64,000 nt of DNA. Origin: Gallionella sp. GTDB lineage: Bacteria; Pseudomonadota; Gammaproteobacteria; Burkholderiales; Gallionellaceae. Numbering within the stretch: the stretch's first letter is position 1; every line of letters starts with the position of its first letter. This document shows positions 31,556 through 41,863 of the stretch, piece after piece. The notes below the pieces were generated by a model. That model was not told where the DNA came from. It worked only from the letters and a program-made list of their open reading frames with translations, and ran no database searches. The stretch spans positions 41,685-105,684 of the forward strand of contig JAQTLM010000007.1 of NCBI GenBank assembly GCA_028714895.1, read 5' to 3'. Both the position numbers and the translations under genes were made by a program.

Positions 31556-31721
31556 GGTATAGCGCCCTTTCAACCGGTTTAACGGTAGGCTCAATAATTT
31601 GCTGATTTTATGAGCATGAGGGGCGCGGATTCTCCGCGAATTTTTTGCACGGGGCAATATAAATTGGCTCAGTCAGGGTGGGTTGGGTAAAATGCCAGTC
31701 TTTCGCAACGCAGAGATAGAG

Positions 31722-32009
31722 ATGGTTATGGCTGGCCAATTGAAAAAGTCAGGGGCGCAAAAAACAGTCGGCTTCGAGTCGGCCATGACCGAGCTCGAGC
31801 AGATTGTCGCCGACATGGAGGCGGGCAAGTTGCCGCTGGAAGATTCGCTGGCAGCCTATAAACGCGGCGCGGAATTGTTGTCGTTCTGCCGCTCCAAACT
31901 GGAAGATGCGCAGCAGCAGGTGAGCGTGCTGGAGAACGGCGTGCTGAAGGATTTTTCCGCCACCGGCGAAGCAGGTCAGGCCGCTTCGACAGGCTCAGGG
32001 CAGGGCTGA
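31722..32009 (+). CDS. xseB: Exodeoxyribonuclease VII small subunit
   Basis: FESAMTELEQIV..ME.G.LPLEDSL..YKRG..L...C..KL..AQQQV; canonical xseB-ispA-dxs order. Confidence 0.93.
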   Translation: MVMAGQLKKSGAQKTVGFESAMTELEQIVADMEAGKLPLEDSLAAYKRGAELLSFCRSKLEDAQQQVSVLENGVLKDFSATGEAGQAASTGSGQG

Positions 32010-32899
32010 TGCGCGCTGATTTTCAGAGCTGGGTCGCCGCGCATCAGGCGCGCTTCGAGGAGGTGCTGCGCGGGTTGCTGCCGCGTGCGGAGATCGCGCC
32101 GCAGCGCTTGCATGAGGCGATGCGCTACGCGGTGCTGGACGGCGGCAAGCGCGTGCGCCCGCTGCTGGCGTTTGCTGCGGGCGAACTGGCCGGCGCGGAT
32201 ACAGCGCGAGTGGATATTGCCGCCGCCGCCGTCGAGCTGATTCACGCCTATTCGCTGGTGCATGACGATATGCCGTGCATGGACGACGACGTGCTGCGCC
32301 GCGGCAAGCCGACCTGCCATGTGCAATACGACGAAGCGACCGCGCTGCTGGTCGGCGACAGCCTGCAAACGCTGGCGTTCCAGCTGCTCGCCGAGCATCG
32401 CCTGAACGACGAAGCGGCGCGCCAGCTGGAAATGGTCAAGCTGCTCGCGCTGGCTTCCGGCTCGCGCGGCATGGCGGGCGGGCAGGCGATCGACCTGGCC
32501 AGCGTGGGCAAATCGCTCACGCTCCCCGAACTGGAATTCATGCATATCCACAAGACCGGCGCGCTGATCCGTGCCGCCGTGTTGCTCGGTGCCCAATGCG
32601 GGTCGGTCTCTGCGGAACAACTGGATCGGCTGGATCATTTCGGCAAGCTGATCGGCCTCGCGTTCCAGGTGGTGGACGACGTGCTCGACTGCGAGGCGGA
32701 TACCGCGACGCTGGGCAAGACGGCGGGCAAGGACGCGGACAACGACAAGCCGACCTATGTCAGCCTGCTCGGCATCCAGGGCGCGCGCGACATGGCGCAG
32801 CGGCTGCATCGCGAGGCGCTGGAAACCCTGGCCGGATTCGGCGATGAAGCGCAACGCCTGCGCGAGCTCGCCGATTTCATCGTATTGAGAAAGTTCTGA
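32009..32899 (+). CDS. ispA: Farnesyl diphosphate synthase
   Basis: [39 protein letters not shown]. Confidence 0.95.
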   Translation: MRADFQSWVAAHQARFEEVLRGLLPRAEIAPQRLHEAMRYAVLDGGKRVRPLLAFAAGELAGADTARVDIAAAAVELIHAYSLVHDDMPCMDDDVLRRGKPTCHVQYDEATALLVGDSLQTLAFQLLAEHRLNDEAARQLEMVKLLALASGSRGMAGGQAIDLASVGKSLTLPELEFMHIHKTGALIRAAVLLGAQCGSVSAEQLDRLDHFGKLIGLAFQVVDDVLDCEADTATLGKTAGKDADNDKPTYVSLLGIQGARDMAQRLHREALETLAGFGDEAQRLRELADFIVLRKF

Positions 32900-34764
32900 T
32901 GCGCCCCTTGCTGACTTCCATCAATCTCCCGGATGATTTGCGCAAGCTGGAGCGCGCGCAGTTGCCGCAACTCGCCGCCGAGCTGCGCTGCTTTCTGATC
33001 GAGTCGGTGAGCAAGACCGGCGGGCATTTGTCTTCCAACCTCGGCACGGTCGAGCTGACCATCGCATTGCATTACATCTACCATACGCCGGACGACCGGC
33101 TGGTATGGGACGTGGGGCACCAGACCTACGCGCACAAGATACTCACCGGCCGGCGCGAAGCGATGGGCAAGTTGCGCATGGCGGGCGGCATCGCCGGTTT
33201 CCCGAAGCGCGACGAAAGCCCTTACGACGCCTTTGGCACCGGGCATTCCAGCACGTCGATTTCGGCGGCGCTGGGCATGGCGGTCGCGGCGCAACTGGAA
33301 AATTCCGAGCGGCGCGCGGTGGCGATTATCGGCGATGGCGCGCTGACCGGCGGGATGGCCTTCGAGGCGCTCAACAATGCCGGCGCGCTCGATGCCAATT
33401 TGCTGGTCGTCCTCAATGACAACGATATGTCCATTTCGCGGCCGGTCGGCGCGCTGAATAATTATCTGGCCAGGCTGATGTCGGGGCGCTTTTATGCGGC
33501 GATGCGGCGTGGCAGCGAGAAAATGCTCAAGGGGATGCCGCCGGTGCTGGAGTTCGCCAAACGCGCTGAAGAACACGTCAAGGGCATGGTGACCCCCGGT
33601 ACGCTGTTCGAGGAATTCGGCTTCAACTACATCGGGCCGGTCGACGGGCATGATCTGGATGTGCTGCTGGACACGCTGGGCAATATCCGCCAGCTCAGTG
33701 GCCCGCAGTTCCTGCATGTGGTCACACAAAAGGGCAGGGGCTACGCACATGCCGAGCAGGACTGTGTTTTGTATCACGGCGTAAGCAAGTTTGACCCGGC
33801 CAATGGCATTACTCCTGCCAAAGACAATGTCGGAGAGCAGGCCGTCAAACCCACTTATGCCGAGGTATTCGGACAGTGGCTGTGCGACATGGCGGCGCAG
33901 GACGAGCGGCTGGTCGGCATCACGCCGGCGATGTGCGAAGGCTCCGGAATGGGGGAGTTCGCCGAACGTTTTCCGGCGCGCTATTTCGACGTGGGTATTG
34001 CCGAACAGCACGCACTGACGTTTGCCGCCGGTTTGGCCTGCGATGGTTACAAGCCGGTGGTGGCGATCTATTCGACCTTTTTGCAGCGCGCCTACGATCA
34101 ACTCATCCACGACATCGCGATCCAGAACCTGCCGGTGGTATTGGCGATCGATCGCGGCGGGCTGGTCGGTGCGGACGGCGCGACCCATGCGGGCAGCTTC
34201 GATCTTTCCTATTTGCGCTGCATTCCCAATATGACGGTGATGGCGCCTGCTGACGAGGACGAATGCCGCCAGATGCTCTACACCGCGTTCCGGCTGAATA
34301 CACCGAGCGCGGTGCGCTATCCGCGCGGCTGCGGCCCCGGCGTGGCGGTCAACCAGGAGATGCGCGCCTTGCCGGTGGGCAAAGGCGAGTTGCGCCGTGA
34401 AGGCAAGCGTGTGGCGATCCTGGCCTTCGGTTCGATGCTGGCCCCCGCGCTGGCTGCCGCCGAACAACTGGATGCGACGGTGGCCAACATGCGATTCGTC
34501 AAGCCGCTGGATACCGAGCTGGTGCTGCGCCTGGCGCGCGAACATGAACTGCTGGTGACGGTGGAAGAGAACGCCGTGCAGGGCGGTGCGGGCAGCGCGG
34601 TGGCGGAGTGTCTGCAGCAGCATGGCGTCGCCGTGCCGCTGCTGCAACTCGGTTTGCCGGATCGCTTCATCGATCAGGGCGAGCACGCGCAGATGCTGGC
34701 GGATTGCGGCCTGGATGCCGCCGGGCTGGCCGCTGCCATCAAGGGATCGAGGATCGGTGATTGA
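32899..34764 (+). CDS. dxs: 1-deoxy-D-xylulose-5-phosphate synthase
   Basis: [49 protein letters not shown]. Confidence 0.97.
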   Translation: MRPLLTSINLPDDLRKLERAQLPQLAAELRCFLIESVSKTGGHLSSNLGTVELTIALHYIYHTPDDRLVWDVGHQTYAHKILTGRREAMGKLRMAGGIAGFPKRDESPYDAFGTGHSSTSISAALGMAVAAQLENSERRAVAIIGDGALTGGMAFEALNNAGALDANLLVVLNDNDMSISRPVGALNNYLARLMSGRFYAAMRRGSEKMLKGMPPVLEFAKRAEEHVKGMVTPGTLFEEFGFNYIGPVDGHDLDVLLDTLGNIRQLSGPQFLHVVTQKGRGYAHAEQDCVLYHGVSKFDPANGITPAKDNVGEQAVKPTYAEVFGQWLCDMAAQDERLVGITPAMCEGSGMGEFAERFPARYFDVGIAEQHALTFAAGLACDGYKPVVAIYSTFLQRAYDQLIHDIAIQNLPVVLAIDRGGLVGADGATHAGSFDLSYLRCIPNMTVMAPADEDECRQMLYTAFRLNTPSAVRYPRGCGPGVAVNQEMRALPVGKGELRREGKRVAILAFGSMLAPALAAAEQLDATVANMRFVKPLDTELVLRLAREHELLVTVEENAVQGGAGSAVAECLQQHGVAVPLLQLGLPDRFIDQGEHAQMLADCGLDAAGLAAAIKGSRIGD

Positions 34765-34808
34765 GTTAAACCAATTACTCGCTCCACAATCCCCGACCCT
34801 CGATCCTC
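34742..34808. repeat. Imperfect inverted repeat built of GATCGAG heptamers
   Basis: GGGATCGAGGATCGGTGATTG ... CAATCCCCGACCCTCGATCCTC; the left arm forms the last dxs codons. Confidence 0.6.
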
Positions 34809-34846
34809 TATATAATTCCGATCACTAACTATTGAGAGAGGCTGCC

Positions 34847-35650
34847 ATGAATGCCCTCATAAAAACTCCCATCGCTGATGTGCAAAGTTCCGCCGATACG
34901 CGCCATCTGGCGATCAATCGTGTCGGCATCAAGGGTATCCGCCATCCGGTCAGGGTGAAAGACAAGAGCATCGGCGTGCAGCACACCATCGCCACCTTCA
35001 ACATGTATGTGCATCTGCCGCATAACTTCAAGGGCACGCACATGTCGCGTTTCGTCGAGATACTCAACGAGCATGAACGCGAAATCTCCGTGGAATCCTT
35101 CGAGAGTATTTTGCATGAGATGGTAATCCGCCTGGAAGCGCAGTCCGGCTACATTGAAATGAGTTTCCCGTATTTTGTGAACAAAACGGCGCCGGTATCC
35201 GGCGTGCATAGCCTGCTCGATTACGACGTGACGCTGATCGGTGAAGTCGTCGACGGTAAGGCGCGCGTCACGATGAAGGTCGTGGTGCCCGTCACCAGCC
35301 TGTGCCCCTGCTCCAAAAAGATTTCCGAACGCGGCGCGCATAACCAGCGTTCGCACGTCACGCTCACGCTGCGCACCAACCGTTTTGTCTGGATCGAAGA
35401 AGTGGTGCGCATCGCCGAGGAACAGGCCTCCTGCGAACTGTTCGGCCTGCTGAAGCGGCCGGATGAGAAATTCGTCACCGAGCGCGCCTACGACAACCCC
35501 AAGTTTGTCGAGGACATGGTGCGCGACGTCGCGGCAGTGCTGAATGCCGATGAGCGCATCGATGCTTTCATTGTGGAATCGGAGAATTTTGAATCGATCC
35601 ACAACCATTCGGCCTATGCGCTGATCGAGCGCGATAAAACGAAAGATTGA
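34847..35650 (+). CDS. folE2: GTP cyclohydrolase IB
   Basis: [50 protein letters not shown]. Confidence 0.95.
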   Translation: MNALIKTPIADVQSSADTRHLAINRVGIKGIRHPVRVKDKSIGVQHTIATFNMYVHLPHNFKGTHMSRFVEILNEHEREISVESFESILHEMVIRLEAQSGYIEMSFPYFVNKTAPVSGVHSLLDYDVTLIGEVVDGKARVTMKVVVPVTSLCPCSKKISERGAHNQRSHVTLTLRTNRFVWIEEVVRIAEEQASCELFGLLKRPDEKFVTERAYDNPKFVEDMVRDVAAVLNADERIDAFIVESENFESIHNHSAYALIERDKTKD

Positions 35651-35710
35651 TGATTGTGAAGCGAGGGTTGTGCAATAACCGCTGCTCTGTTTTTCACTCG
35701 CCCCTCAATC

Positions 35711-35734
35711 CACGCTCCTCGATCCTCGATCCTG
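35711..35734. repeat. CCTCGAT heptamer run (partner family of 34742)
   Basis: CACGCTCCTCGATCCTCGATCCTG. Confidence 0.55.
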
Positions 35735-35742
35735 TTTAACAA

Positions 35743-36450
35743 ATGAAGCCCATCGCCATCTTCCGCCATGCCGCCGCCGAAGGCCCCGGCTATCTCGCCG
35801 AATTCCTCGATATGCAACAAATTCCGTGGCGGTTGATCGCTATCGATGCGGGCGATGCCGTGCCGCGTTCTGCGGAGGCCTATTCCGGGCTGGTGTTCAT
35901 GGGCGGGCCGATGAGCGTCAACGACGCGTTGCCGTGGATAGCGCCGGCGCTGGCATTGATCTGTGATGCGGTAGCCAGGGATATTCCCGTGCTGGGGCAT
36001 TGCCTCGGCGGGCAATTGATCTCCAAGGCATTGGGCGGCACGGTATCGCGCAACCCGGTGAAGGAAATCGGCTGGGGCGAAGTGACGGTAACGGACAACG
36101 ACAGCGCACGTAACTGGTTTGGCGCGGTACGAAATTTTCAGGCATTCCACTGGCATGGTGAAACCTTCAGCCTGCCGCAAGGCGCGACGCTTCTGCTGTC
36201 CAGTGCCTATTGCACCAACCAGGCCTGGGCCATCGGCAAGCACCTCGCGCTGCAATGCCACGTCGAGATGACCGCTGCAATGATCGTTTCCTGGTGCGAA
36301 ATCGGTGCGGATGAAATTGCCGCCGGCAAGAACAGCCCGGCGGTGCAATCCGCCAGCGAAATGCAGCGGCACATGGCGGAAGAACTGCCGCACCTGCGGG
36401 AAGTCGCGACGCGGCTCTACACACACTGGATCGCCGGATTGCCTGACTAG
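35743..36450 (+). CDS. Type 1 glutamine amidotransferase domain protein
   Basis: GGPMSVND, GHCLGGQ (nucleophile Cys), FHWHGETF, QCHVE (His-x-Glu). Confidence 0.88.
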   Translation: MKPIAIFRHAAAEGPGYLAEFLDMQQIPWRLIAIDAGDAVPRSAEAYSGLVFMGGPMSVNDALPWIAPALALICDAVARDIPVLGHCLGGQLISKALGGTVSRNPVKEIGWGEVTVTDNDSARNWFGAVRNFQAFHWHGETFSLPQGATLLLSSAYCTNQAWAIGKHLALQCHVEMTAAMIVSWCEIGADEIAAGKNSPAVQSASEMQRHMAEELPHLREVATRLYTHWIAGLPD

Positions 36451-36572
36451 GCCGGATTATCTAGGCATTTCGGCATATTGACTATGCGATGGGTGCGGGT
36501 TAGGGTGCGCTGCGGGGTTGTTGTGTTTATCCCCGTTGATCCATCGCCACCACTAACTATAAGGAGATTTAC

Positions 36573-36905
36573 ATGAAAAAAATGATCGTACTGGCTTGTC
36601 TGGGTTTTGCATTTACCGTGTCTGCTCCGGCTTTTGCGGCAGGCGAGAAGATGAAGGGTTGCAGCAAGGAAGCGACGGGCATGAAGGGGGATGAACGCAA
36701 GGCGTTCATGAAGAAATGCCTGTCCAAGGATTACACGCTGAAAGCCGACACGGCGGGAGCCAAACCAGCCGCGAGTGCCGCAACCCCCGCTGCCGCACCT
36801 GTCACGCAACAGGATAAGATGAAAAAGTGCAATGCCGATGCCAAGACCAAGGAATTGAAGGGCGATGAACGCAAGAAATTCATGAGTACCTGCCTGAAGG
36901 GCTAA
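36573..36905 (+). CDS. PsiF-repeat exported protein
   Basis: Signal peptide; two KMKxC..A....KGDERKxFM..CL repeats with an Ala/Pro linker. Confidence 0.85.
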   Translation: MKKMIVLACLGFAFTVSAPAFAAGEKMKGCSKEATGMKGDERKAFMKKCLSKDYTLKADTAGAKPAASAATPAAAPVTQQDKMKKCNADAKTKELKGDERKKFMSTCLKG

Positions 36906-36926
36906 GAGCCATCCATTGAACCGGGG

Positions 36927-36949
36927 AACGCGCCGCAAGGCGCGTTTTT
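36927..36949 (+). terminator. Intrinsic terminator
   Basis: AACGCGCC-GCAA-GGCGCGTT followed by TTT. Confidence 0.8.
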
Positions 36950-37038
36950 CATTGCCGCCAAGGTTTCCTAAATTGCCGCAGTGTATAATCTGCATTCCTT
37001 TGCGTGGCCGTATCGCGCTCCAATTCGTTAAAGATTGC

Positions 37039-38385
37039 ATGATTAAAAAACTCTTCAAACGCGTATTCCGTAAATCAGCAAAAGTCAGATCATCAGGGAA
37101 TGCGCAGGTGATCCCGTTCGAATTGCATGGCGTGCCGCGCGAGCAGATCAGTTACGGCGCGCAGAAAGTCACCGACGGCCTGCAGGCGGCCGGCTATCAG
37201 GCCTATGTGGTCGGCGGTGCAGTGCGCGATCTGCTGCTGAAGCGCATCCCCAAGGATTTCGATGTGGCGACCGATGCCACACCGGAGGAGGTGCGCCGCG
37301 TGTTCCGCCGTTCGCGCATCATCGGACGGCGCTTCCGGCTGGTGCATGTGATGTTCGGCGAAGAGGTGGTCGAAGTTTCCACCTTCCGGAGCATGATCGA
37401 AGCCGAAGATGCGCAGACCGACGAGCATGGCCGCCTGCTGCGCGACAACCAGTTCGGCGACCGGGAGCAGGATGCGGCGCGGCGCGATTTCACCGCCAAC
37501 GCACTGTTCTATGATCCGTCCACCCAGGAGATTTTCGACTATCACAATGGCTATGCCGATACCCGCAAACACCTGCTGCGCATGATCGGCGACCCGCTGG
37601 TACGCTACCGCGAAGATCCGGTGCGGATGGTGCGTGCGGTACGTTTGTCTGCCAAGCTGGGCATGCAGATCGATGCCGCAACTGCCGCGCCGATCGCCGG
37701 GATGAAAAATTTGCTCGACAACGTGCCGCAGTCGCGTTTGCTCGATGAAGTGTTGAAGATGCTGTTGTCCGGGCATTCGGTGGAATGCATCCAGCAATTG
37801 CGCAAGATGAACTTGCATCATGGCCTGCTGCCGTTGCTGGATGTGATTTTAGAACAACCGATGGGCGAGAAATTCGTCATGCTGGCGCTGCGCAATACCG
37901 ATGAACGTCTCAGTCAGGACAAGACGGTTTCGCCCGCATTCCTGTTTGCCGCATTGCTCTGGCATGAGGTGCTGGCGGCATGGAATTTGCGGGTGCAGCA
38001 GGGCGAACGCCCGGTGGGCGCAATGCACGAGGCGATGGATGAGGTGCTGGCTAGGCAGAAGGAGCAGCTTGCCATTCCGCATCGCCATGATGCGGTGATG
38101 AAAGAAATCTGGCTGCTGCAGCAACGCTTCGAGCAACGCGCCGGACAACGCACGTTCCGTTTGCTCGAGCAGCCGCGCTTCCGCGCCGGGTTCGACTTTT
38201 TGTTGCTGCGCTGCGCCAGCGGCGAAGTGGATCAAGAGCTCGGGTTGTGGTGGGATGAATTTCAGGATGCCAGTGCCGAACGGCAGGCGGAAATGCTGCA
38301 GCCGGAACAGGCCGGAGATAAAAAACGCCGCCGCAAGCCGCGCAAAAAACCGCAAGCCGCCGCAGCGGAAGTGACGGCAGCATAA
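37039..38385 (+). CDS. pcnB: Poly(A) polymerase I
   Basis: VGGAVRDLL, PKDFDVAT, IIGRRFRLVHV, DAARRDFTANAL, EDPVRM, RFRAGFDFLLLR; basic C-terminal tail. Confidence 0.95.
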   Translation: MIKKLFKRVFRKSAKVRSSGNAQVIPFELHGVPREQISYGAQKVTDGLQAAGYQAYVVGGAVRDLLLKRIPKDFDVATDATPEEVRRVFRRSRIIGRRFRLVHVMFGEEVVEVSTFRSMIEAEDAQTDEHGRLLRDNQFGDREQDAARRDFTANALFYDPSTQEIFDYHNGYADTRKHLLRMIGDPLVRYREDPVRMVRAVRLSAKLGMQIDAATAAPIAGMKNLLDNVPQSRLLDEVLKMLLSGHSVECIQQLRKMNLHHGLLPLLDVILEQPMGEKFVMLALRNTDERLSQDKTVSPAFLFAALLWHEVLAAWNLRVQQGERPVGAMHEAMDEVLARQKEQLAIPHRHDAVMKEIWLLQQRFEQRAGQRTFRLLEQPRFRAGFDFLLLRCASGEVDQELGLWWDEFQDASAERQAEMLQPEQAGDKKRRRKPRKKPQAAAAEVTAA

Positions 38386-38400
38386 TCCTCAGGAACTGAA

Positions 38401-38536
38401 TTGGCCACGGATGCACACTGATTATTACGGATAAAATAAGACATTATGAGAAATCTATCACTCACCCGGATGACGTTCGGCGCAAGGAAGGTAGCCCATT
38501 GATAATCCGTGTATATCTGTGTTCATCCGTGGCTAA
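38401..38536. repeat. Imperfect inverted-repeat element between pcnB and folK
   Basis: TTGGCCACGGATGCACACTGAT ... ATCTGTGTTCATCCGTGGCTAA. Confidence 0.65.
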
Positions 38537-38554
38537 ATTGCTTTTTCTTGGATA

Positions 38555-39043
38555 ATGCCGCACATCGCCTTCATCGGGCTGGGCAGCAATCTGGAAGACC
38601 CGCGCAGCCAATTGCAACGCGCCTTCGCAGAGCTTGATGGGTTGCCGGAGACGCGCCTCATCGCCCGTTCGTCGTTGTACCGCAGCGCGCCGCTGGGCTA
38701 TCCGGATCAGCCGGAGTTCGTGAATGCAGTAGCGGAAATCGCAACGGCCCTGACCCCGCAAGCCTTACTGCAAGCCTTGCTGCAAATCGAACATCGGCAT
38801 GGCCGCGAGCGCACCTTTCGCAATGCGCCGCGCACCCTGGATCTGGATGTGCTGCTGTATGACGATACGCAACTGCATGAGCACGGTTTGACCATTCCGC
38901 ACCCGCAGATGCACTTGCGCGCCTTCGTGCTGCAACCGCTGCTGGAGATTGCGCCGGATGCCGGCATACCCGGGGTAGGCCAGGCCGGGATGGCTTTAAA
39001 AAGATGCCAGGATCAAGTGTTGGAGATGCTCGATGCTGCCTGA
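38555..39043 (+). CDS. folK: 2-amino-4-hydroxy-6-hydroxymethyldihydropteridine diphosphokinase
   Basis: IGLGSNL, SSLYRSAP, FVNAV, PRTLDLDVLL, PHPQMHLRAFVL. Confidence 0.96.
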   Translation: MPHIAFIGLGSNLEDPRSQLQRAFAELDGLPETRLIARSSLYRSAPLGYPDQPEFVNAVAEIATALTPQALLQALLQIEHRHGRERTFRNAPRTLDLDVLLYDDTQLHEHGLTIPHPQMHLRAFVLQPLLEIAPDAGIPGVGQAGMALKRCQDQVLEMLDAA

Positions 39044-39671
39044 TAAGTACCGCTATGTGGTAGTGGAAGGGCCGATCGGCGCAGGTAAGACCAGCCTGGC
39101 GCGCCGCCTCGCGCAACATACCGGCGCCGTGGCGCTGCTGGAAAAACCGGATGAAAATCCCTTTCTTGCCAGGTTCTACCAGGATCCGCCGCGCCATGCG
39201 CTGGCGACGCAATTGTTTTTCCTGTTCCAGCGCGGCAATGAAGTGCGCGACCTGGCGCAGATGGATCTATTCCGCGCGAGCACCGTGGCGGATTACCTGT
39301 TCGACAAGGATCCACTATTTGCGCGGCTTAACCTGAACGACGCAGAGTTCGCGCTATACCAGCAGATTTACCGCACTCTGCAATTGCAGGTCCCCGTGCC
39401 GGATCTGGTGATCTATTTGCAGGCCGCGCCGGAAACGCTGGCGGAACGCGTGCGCCGCCGCGCCCAGCCTTATGAACAAACCATTTCTGATGATTATTTG
39501 CTGCGCGTGGCACAAGGCTACAGCGATTTCTTTTATCATTACGAGGCGGCTCCGGTGCTGATGGTGAACACCGAACACCTGAACTTTGAGGATGAAGACG
39601 AAGATTTCACTTTGCTGTTGCGGCGCATCGAGGAAATGCGCGGGCCGCGCGAGTTTTTTAGTCGGGGATGA
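39033..39671 (+). CDS. Deoxynucleoside kinase family protein
   Basis: VEGPIGAGKTSL, ENPFL, TQLFFL, PDLVIYLQA. Confidence 0.88.
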   Translation: MLPDKYRYVVVEGPIGAGKTSLARRLAQHTGAVALLEKPDENPFLARFYQDPPRHALATQLFFLFQRGNEVRDLAQMDLFRASTVADYLFDKDPLFARLNLNDAEFALYQQIYRTLQLQVPVPDLVIYLQAAPETLAERVRRRAQPYEQTISDDYLLRVAQGYSDFFYHYEAAPVLMVNTEHLNFEDEDEDFTLLLRRIEEMRGPREFFSRG

Positions 39672-39743
39672 TTGGAGCGGGTTGGCGGTTTCATCACCTA
39701 ACCCAACCTGCAAAACCACAGGAATACACTTTAGCCGGGGAAT

Positions 39744-40538
39744 ATGATGCGAACCACTTTGACTACATTGCAAGCGATGCGCGGCAAGGACGAGAAAATC
39801 GCCGTGCTGACCTGCTATGACGCGAGCTTCGCCGCGCTGCTCGAAGCACAGGGCGTAGACGTGCTGCTGGTTGGCGATTCGCTCGGCATGGTGCTGCAGG
39901 GGCACGAAACCACGCTGCCGGTTTCGCTGGACGACATGGTTTACCACACCGCTTGCGTGGCGCGCGGCGCCAAGCAGGTGTTCATCATCGGCGACATGCC
40001 GTTCGGTACGTTCCAGATCAGCCCGCAGGAAACCTTTGCGCATGCCGCAAAGTTGATGGCGGCGGGCGCGCAGATGGTCAAGCTGGAAGGCGGTATCGAG
40101 ATGGCCGAAACGGTGGATTTTCTCACCGGGCGCGGTATTCCGGTATGCGGGCATATCGGGCTGACCCCGCAATCGGTGCACCAGATGGGCGGCTACCGCG
40201 TGCAGGGCAGGGAGCCTGTCGCTGCGCAGCAATTGCTGGAGGATGCGGTGGCGCTGGAGCAGGCAGGTGCGGGGATGCTGGTGCTGGAAACCATACCCGC
40301 GTTGTTGGCGGCGGAGATCACCGCCGCGCTTTCCATCCACACCATTGGCATCGGTGCGGGCGCAGCCTGTTCCGGCCAAGTGCTGGTGCTGTACGACATG
40401 CTGGACATCTATCCGGGCAAGAAGGCGCGCTTTGCGAAAAACTACCTGCAGGGCGTGGGCAGCATCGCGGCGGCGGTGAAAAATTACGTTGCCGAGGTAA
40501 AGGCAGGCAGCTTCCCGGCGCAGGAACATAGTTTTTAA
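39744..40538 (+). CDS. panB: 3-methyl-2-oxobutanoate hydroxymethyltransferase
   Basis: [42 protein letters not shown]. Confidence 0.97.
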   Translation: MMRTTLTTLQAMRGKDEKIAVLTCYDASFAALLEAQGVDVLLVGDSLGMVLQGHETTLPVSLDDMVYHTACVARGAKQVFIIGDMPFGTFQISPQETFAHAAKLMAAGAQMVKLEGGIEMAETVDFLTGRGIPVCGHIGLTPQSVHQMGGYRVQGREPVAAQQLLEDAVALEQAGAGMLVLETIPALLAAEITAALSIHTIGIGAGAACSGQVLVLYDMLDIYPGKKARFAKNYLQGVGSIAAAVKNYVAEVKAGSFPAQEHSF

Positions 40539-41386
40539 TGCAAGTCATCCATACCATCGCCGCACTGCGCGCACGGCTGGGTACCGAGCGTTCCGTCGCA
40601 TTTGTGCCGACCATGGGCAACCTGCACGAAGGTCATCTCAACCTGGTGAGGCAGGCGCGCGAGCATGGCAGTTGTGTGGTGGCGAGTATTTTTGTCAATC
40701 CGCTGCAATTTGGCCCGTCCGAGGATTTCGACAAGTACCCGCGCACTCTGGAGGCGGACTGCGCCAAGTTGCAAGGGCTGGCGGATGCGGTATTCGCGCC
40801 GTCGATCAACGAGATGTATCCGACCCAGCAAACCGTGTTCATCGAGCCGCCGCCGATTGCCAACGAGCTGTGTGGCGCATCCCGTCCGGGGCATTTCCGC
40901 GGCATGGCGACCGTGGTGCTGAAGCTGCTCAACATCGTGCAGCCGCAGATCGCGCTGTTCGGCCAGAAGGATTACCAGCAACTGCACATCATCCGGCAAC
41001 TGGCCGCGCAACTGGATTTGCCGGTGCGTATCGTCGGCGGGGAGACGGTGCGCGCGGCGGACGGCCTAGCGCTGAGTTCGCGCAACCAGTACCTGAACGA
41101 GAGCGAGCGTAGCGAAGCGGTTTTCCTGTACCGGACGCTGCAAGGGATCAGGCAGGCCATTTTGCAGGGCGAGCACGATTTTGAACAATTGCAGAAACGG
41201 GCGGTCGAAGTCCTTGCTGCAAGGGGCTGGCTGGTGGATTACGTGGCGGTGCGTAACCAGTCCGACTTGCAGCCGGCCGGCCCCGTAAAAAGTGATCTGG
41301 CGCAGCGCGAACTGGTGATATTGGCGGCGGCCAGACTGGGCAATACCCGCCTGCTGGACAATGTCGAGGTTTGCCTTGTTGATTGA
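40538..41386 (+). CDS. panC: Pantoate-beta-alanine ligase
   Basis: VPTMGNLHEGH, FVNPLQF, RPGHFRG, FGQKDYQQ, GLALSSRN. Confidence 0.97.
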   Translation: MQVIHTIAALRARLGTERSVAFVPTMGNLHEGHLNLVRQAREHGSCVVASIFVNPLQFGPSEDFDKYPRTLEADCAKLQGLADAVFAPSINEMYPTQQTVFIEPPPIANELCGASRPGHFRGMATVVLKLLNIVQPQIALFGQKDYQQLHIIRQLAAQLDLPVRIVGGETVRAADGLALSSRNQYLNESERSEAVFLYRTLQGIRQAILQGEHDFEQLQKRAVEVLAARGWLVDYVAVRNQSDLQPAGPVKSDLAQRELVILAAARLGNTRLLDNVEVCLVD

Positions 41387-41443
41387 TTACTTGGCCGATT
41401 GATTGCTATATAATCCGCACCCTGCCGGAAAGGGAAGTACTAC

Positions 41444-41824
41444 ATGCAAAGAATCATGCTTAAAGCCAAGCTGCACCGGGTGCGTGTCACGCACTCCGAG
41501 TTGCACTATGAAGGTTCCTGCGCAATCGACGACGATTTGCTGGACGCCGCCGATATCAAGGAATATCAGCAGATTGATATTTACAACGTCACCAATGGCG
41601 AGCGTTTCACCACCTATGCAATCCGCGCGCAGCGCGGTTCTGGCGTGATTTCCGTGAATGGCGCGGCCGCGCATAAAGCCAATCCGGGTGATATCTTGAT
41701 CATCGCCACCTATGCCATGTACTCCGAACTGGAACTACAAAAATTCCATCCGCAACTCGTCTATGTGGACGAGCACAACCGCATCATCGCGCAGCGCGAC
41801 CGGATTGCCGTCCAGGCAGCCTGA
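41444..41824 (+). CDS. panD: Aspartate 1-decarboxylase
   Basis: [12 protein letters not shown] cleavage site, [14 protein letters not shown]. Confidence 0.96.
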   Translation: MQRIMLKAKLHRVRVTHSELHYEGSCAIDDDLLDAADIKEYQQIDIYNVTNGERFTTYAIRAQRGSGVISVNGAAAHKANPGDILIIATYAMYSELELQKFHPQLVYVDEHNRIIAQRDRIAVQAA

Positions 41825-41863
41825 CACCGAAAGCCGCGCTCACTGGGGTTAGCCTCTGACGGG

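Noticed and set aside
32755-34686. 643-aa antisense ORF over dxs
   Set aside because: Shadow ORF.
39678-39710. Degenerate REP-like palindrome between the deoxynucleoside kinase and panB
   Set aside because: Too decayed to define ends; consistent with the ordinary REP family and not listed as a feature.
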